A stretch of 64,000 nt of DNA, from contig RSEE01000080.1 in assembly GCA_003971905.1 (NCBI GenBank), positions 186,001-250,000 of the forward strand. Reading direction: 5' to 3'. Below the pieces are notes generated by a model, which saw only the letters and a program-made list of their open reading frames with translations, ran no database searches and was not told the origin of the DNA. The number at the start of each line of letters is the position of its first letter. The stretch's first letter is position 1. The position numbers were made by a program, and so were the translations under genes. This DNA is from Moniliella sp. 'wahieum'. Its lineage: Eukaryota. This document shows positions 62,804 through 64,000 of the stretch, one piece after another.

Positions 62804-63265
62804 ATGGATCGTGCGTTTGTGCCGCTGCATATATGCCAATACACACCGTGCCGCTGAACCCTGATTTTCCCCTCAGTCTCCACCTCTCTCCGCCGAGCAG
62901 GCGTCGATGACGCGCATCATTGAGCAGAAGCAGATGAAGGACTTTATGAACCTCTACACCGGCCTGGTCGAACGCTGCTTTGCGTCGTGCTGCAACGACT
63001 TTACCAGCAAGGCCCTCAGTTCTAAGGAGGACACGTGCGTTGAGCACTGCACCACCAAGTTCCTCAAACATTCGGAGCGGGTCGGGGCACGCTTCGCGGA
63101 AGAAAACGGTACGTTTGATTGCCACCCTAGTCTGTGGGGGTTGCCATCCACGGGAAGGGGTCGCGCATGTGAATCTTCAGTGACTAGTGACTAGGGACAC
63201 GAGACTGACTTCCGCCCCTCTCTTTGCTTACTCCAGCCAAACTCATGTCCCAGCAACAACGTTAA
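62804..63265 (+). CDS. TIM9: Mitochondrial intermembrane chaperone Tim9, 3 exons
   Basis: [53 protein letters not shown] with twin CX3C; introns from 62811 and near 63109. Confidence 0.95.
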
Positions 63266-64000
63266 CAACCGCCTGCATAATCAACGGAGAGGGAAATGAT
63301 CGATGGATGTGACCTCACATCTTTTTGTATATAGATGCAGGGCTTGAGCAGAGTCTCACCTCTGTTGACCAGCTCGGTCTGGTGGAATCTGTTGCTCAGC
63401 GTGGATCGGGTCCCAGTTTGGGTCGCGCCGCCAGGTTGGCCGAACCAACTTGTTCTCCTTCATGGGCAAACTCAATTTGTAAAGATGGTTTTGGACTGCA
63501 CATCTTCCAAGCGAAAGGTAAAGCCTAAGGGGGTAAGGAGGTCAATAAAGCCCTGGCTGGAGACCAGAGGAAAGATCACCTTGTCCATCAATAGTGTCCT
63601 ACTACATACCTCAACATGCCAGTCCCATCAAATGAGGGGCTATACAAAAAAGGCGCACTTGAGCCATGAATGCAGCATGCTTCGACAAACATGCTCACCA
63701 GTATACCTATGAGAAAAGGGAGAGGCGAATGCCAGCTACGTCCTCCACCGTGGCACTTGCGACGGATGTGAAACCTTCCCCGCTGCTTTCAACTGTTCCG
63801 AATCAGCCGTCGCCAGCCAGGAAAGGGGATGCGAGCACCCGCATGACAGCCGCCAATGATCCCATCTTCGCTGTCCAGCACACAGATATCGTAGGGAAAA
63901 ACGGTAGCCCACGTTTCGTTGGCCAATTCTCGTGCTAGCGCACCCACCCAAATCTGTAATCAGCACATGGTGTTACCTTTGGCCTTGCCGTTGCCGTCTG

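Noticed and set aside
5453..63265. Cryptic peroxisomal targeting by TGA-CTA readthrough
   Set aside because: None of the stop codons I checked is followed by CTA
1..64000. CRISPR array, prokaryotic operon or defence system
   Set aside because: Sequence is eukaryotic with spliceosomal introns; no repeat-spacer array seen

Overview
Eukaryotic, GC-rich fungal DNA. Intron signals (GTACGT/GTGCGT donors, CTAAC/CTGAC branch points, YAG acceptors), eEF3 and gene content point to a basidiomycete, probably Ustilaginomycotina (inference). It is a gene-dense housekeeping region: USP-domain protein, PHO88/SND3, a bHLH factor, SUR2, mitoribosomal bS21, eEF3, a single-pass membrane protein, NOP6, OSH3, IRE1, an AIF/AMID-like oxidoreductase, carnitine acetyltransferase with PTS1, SCOC, ERO1, complex I PSST, RPP1, an SLC35-type transporter, eIF6 and TIM9. 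It also has three intron-containing tRNAs (Gln-CTG, Ser-CGA, Pro-AGG), an internally deleted Ty1/copia remnant with a nested insertion, several orphan ORFs and microsatellites. Nearly every conserved gene carries frameshifts, most likely uncorrected long-read indel errors, so gene ends are approximate and single-base oddities are weak evidence. I found no convincing novel multi-gene system. The best leads are a tRNA-Pro intron that duplicates its own anticodon arm, a 69-aa acid-free small ORF with TATA, CCAAT and a 3'-UTR intron, a copia gag-like/integrase-C-terminal fusion ORF, and promoter motifs (UPRE at ERO1, E-boxes at the bHLH, AACCCTA boxes).
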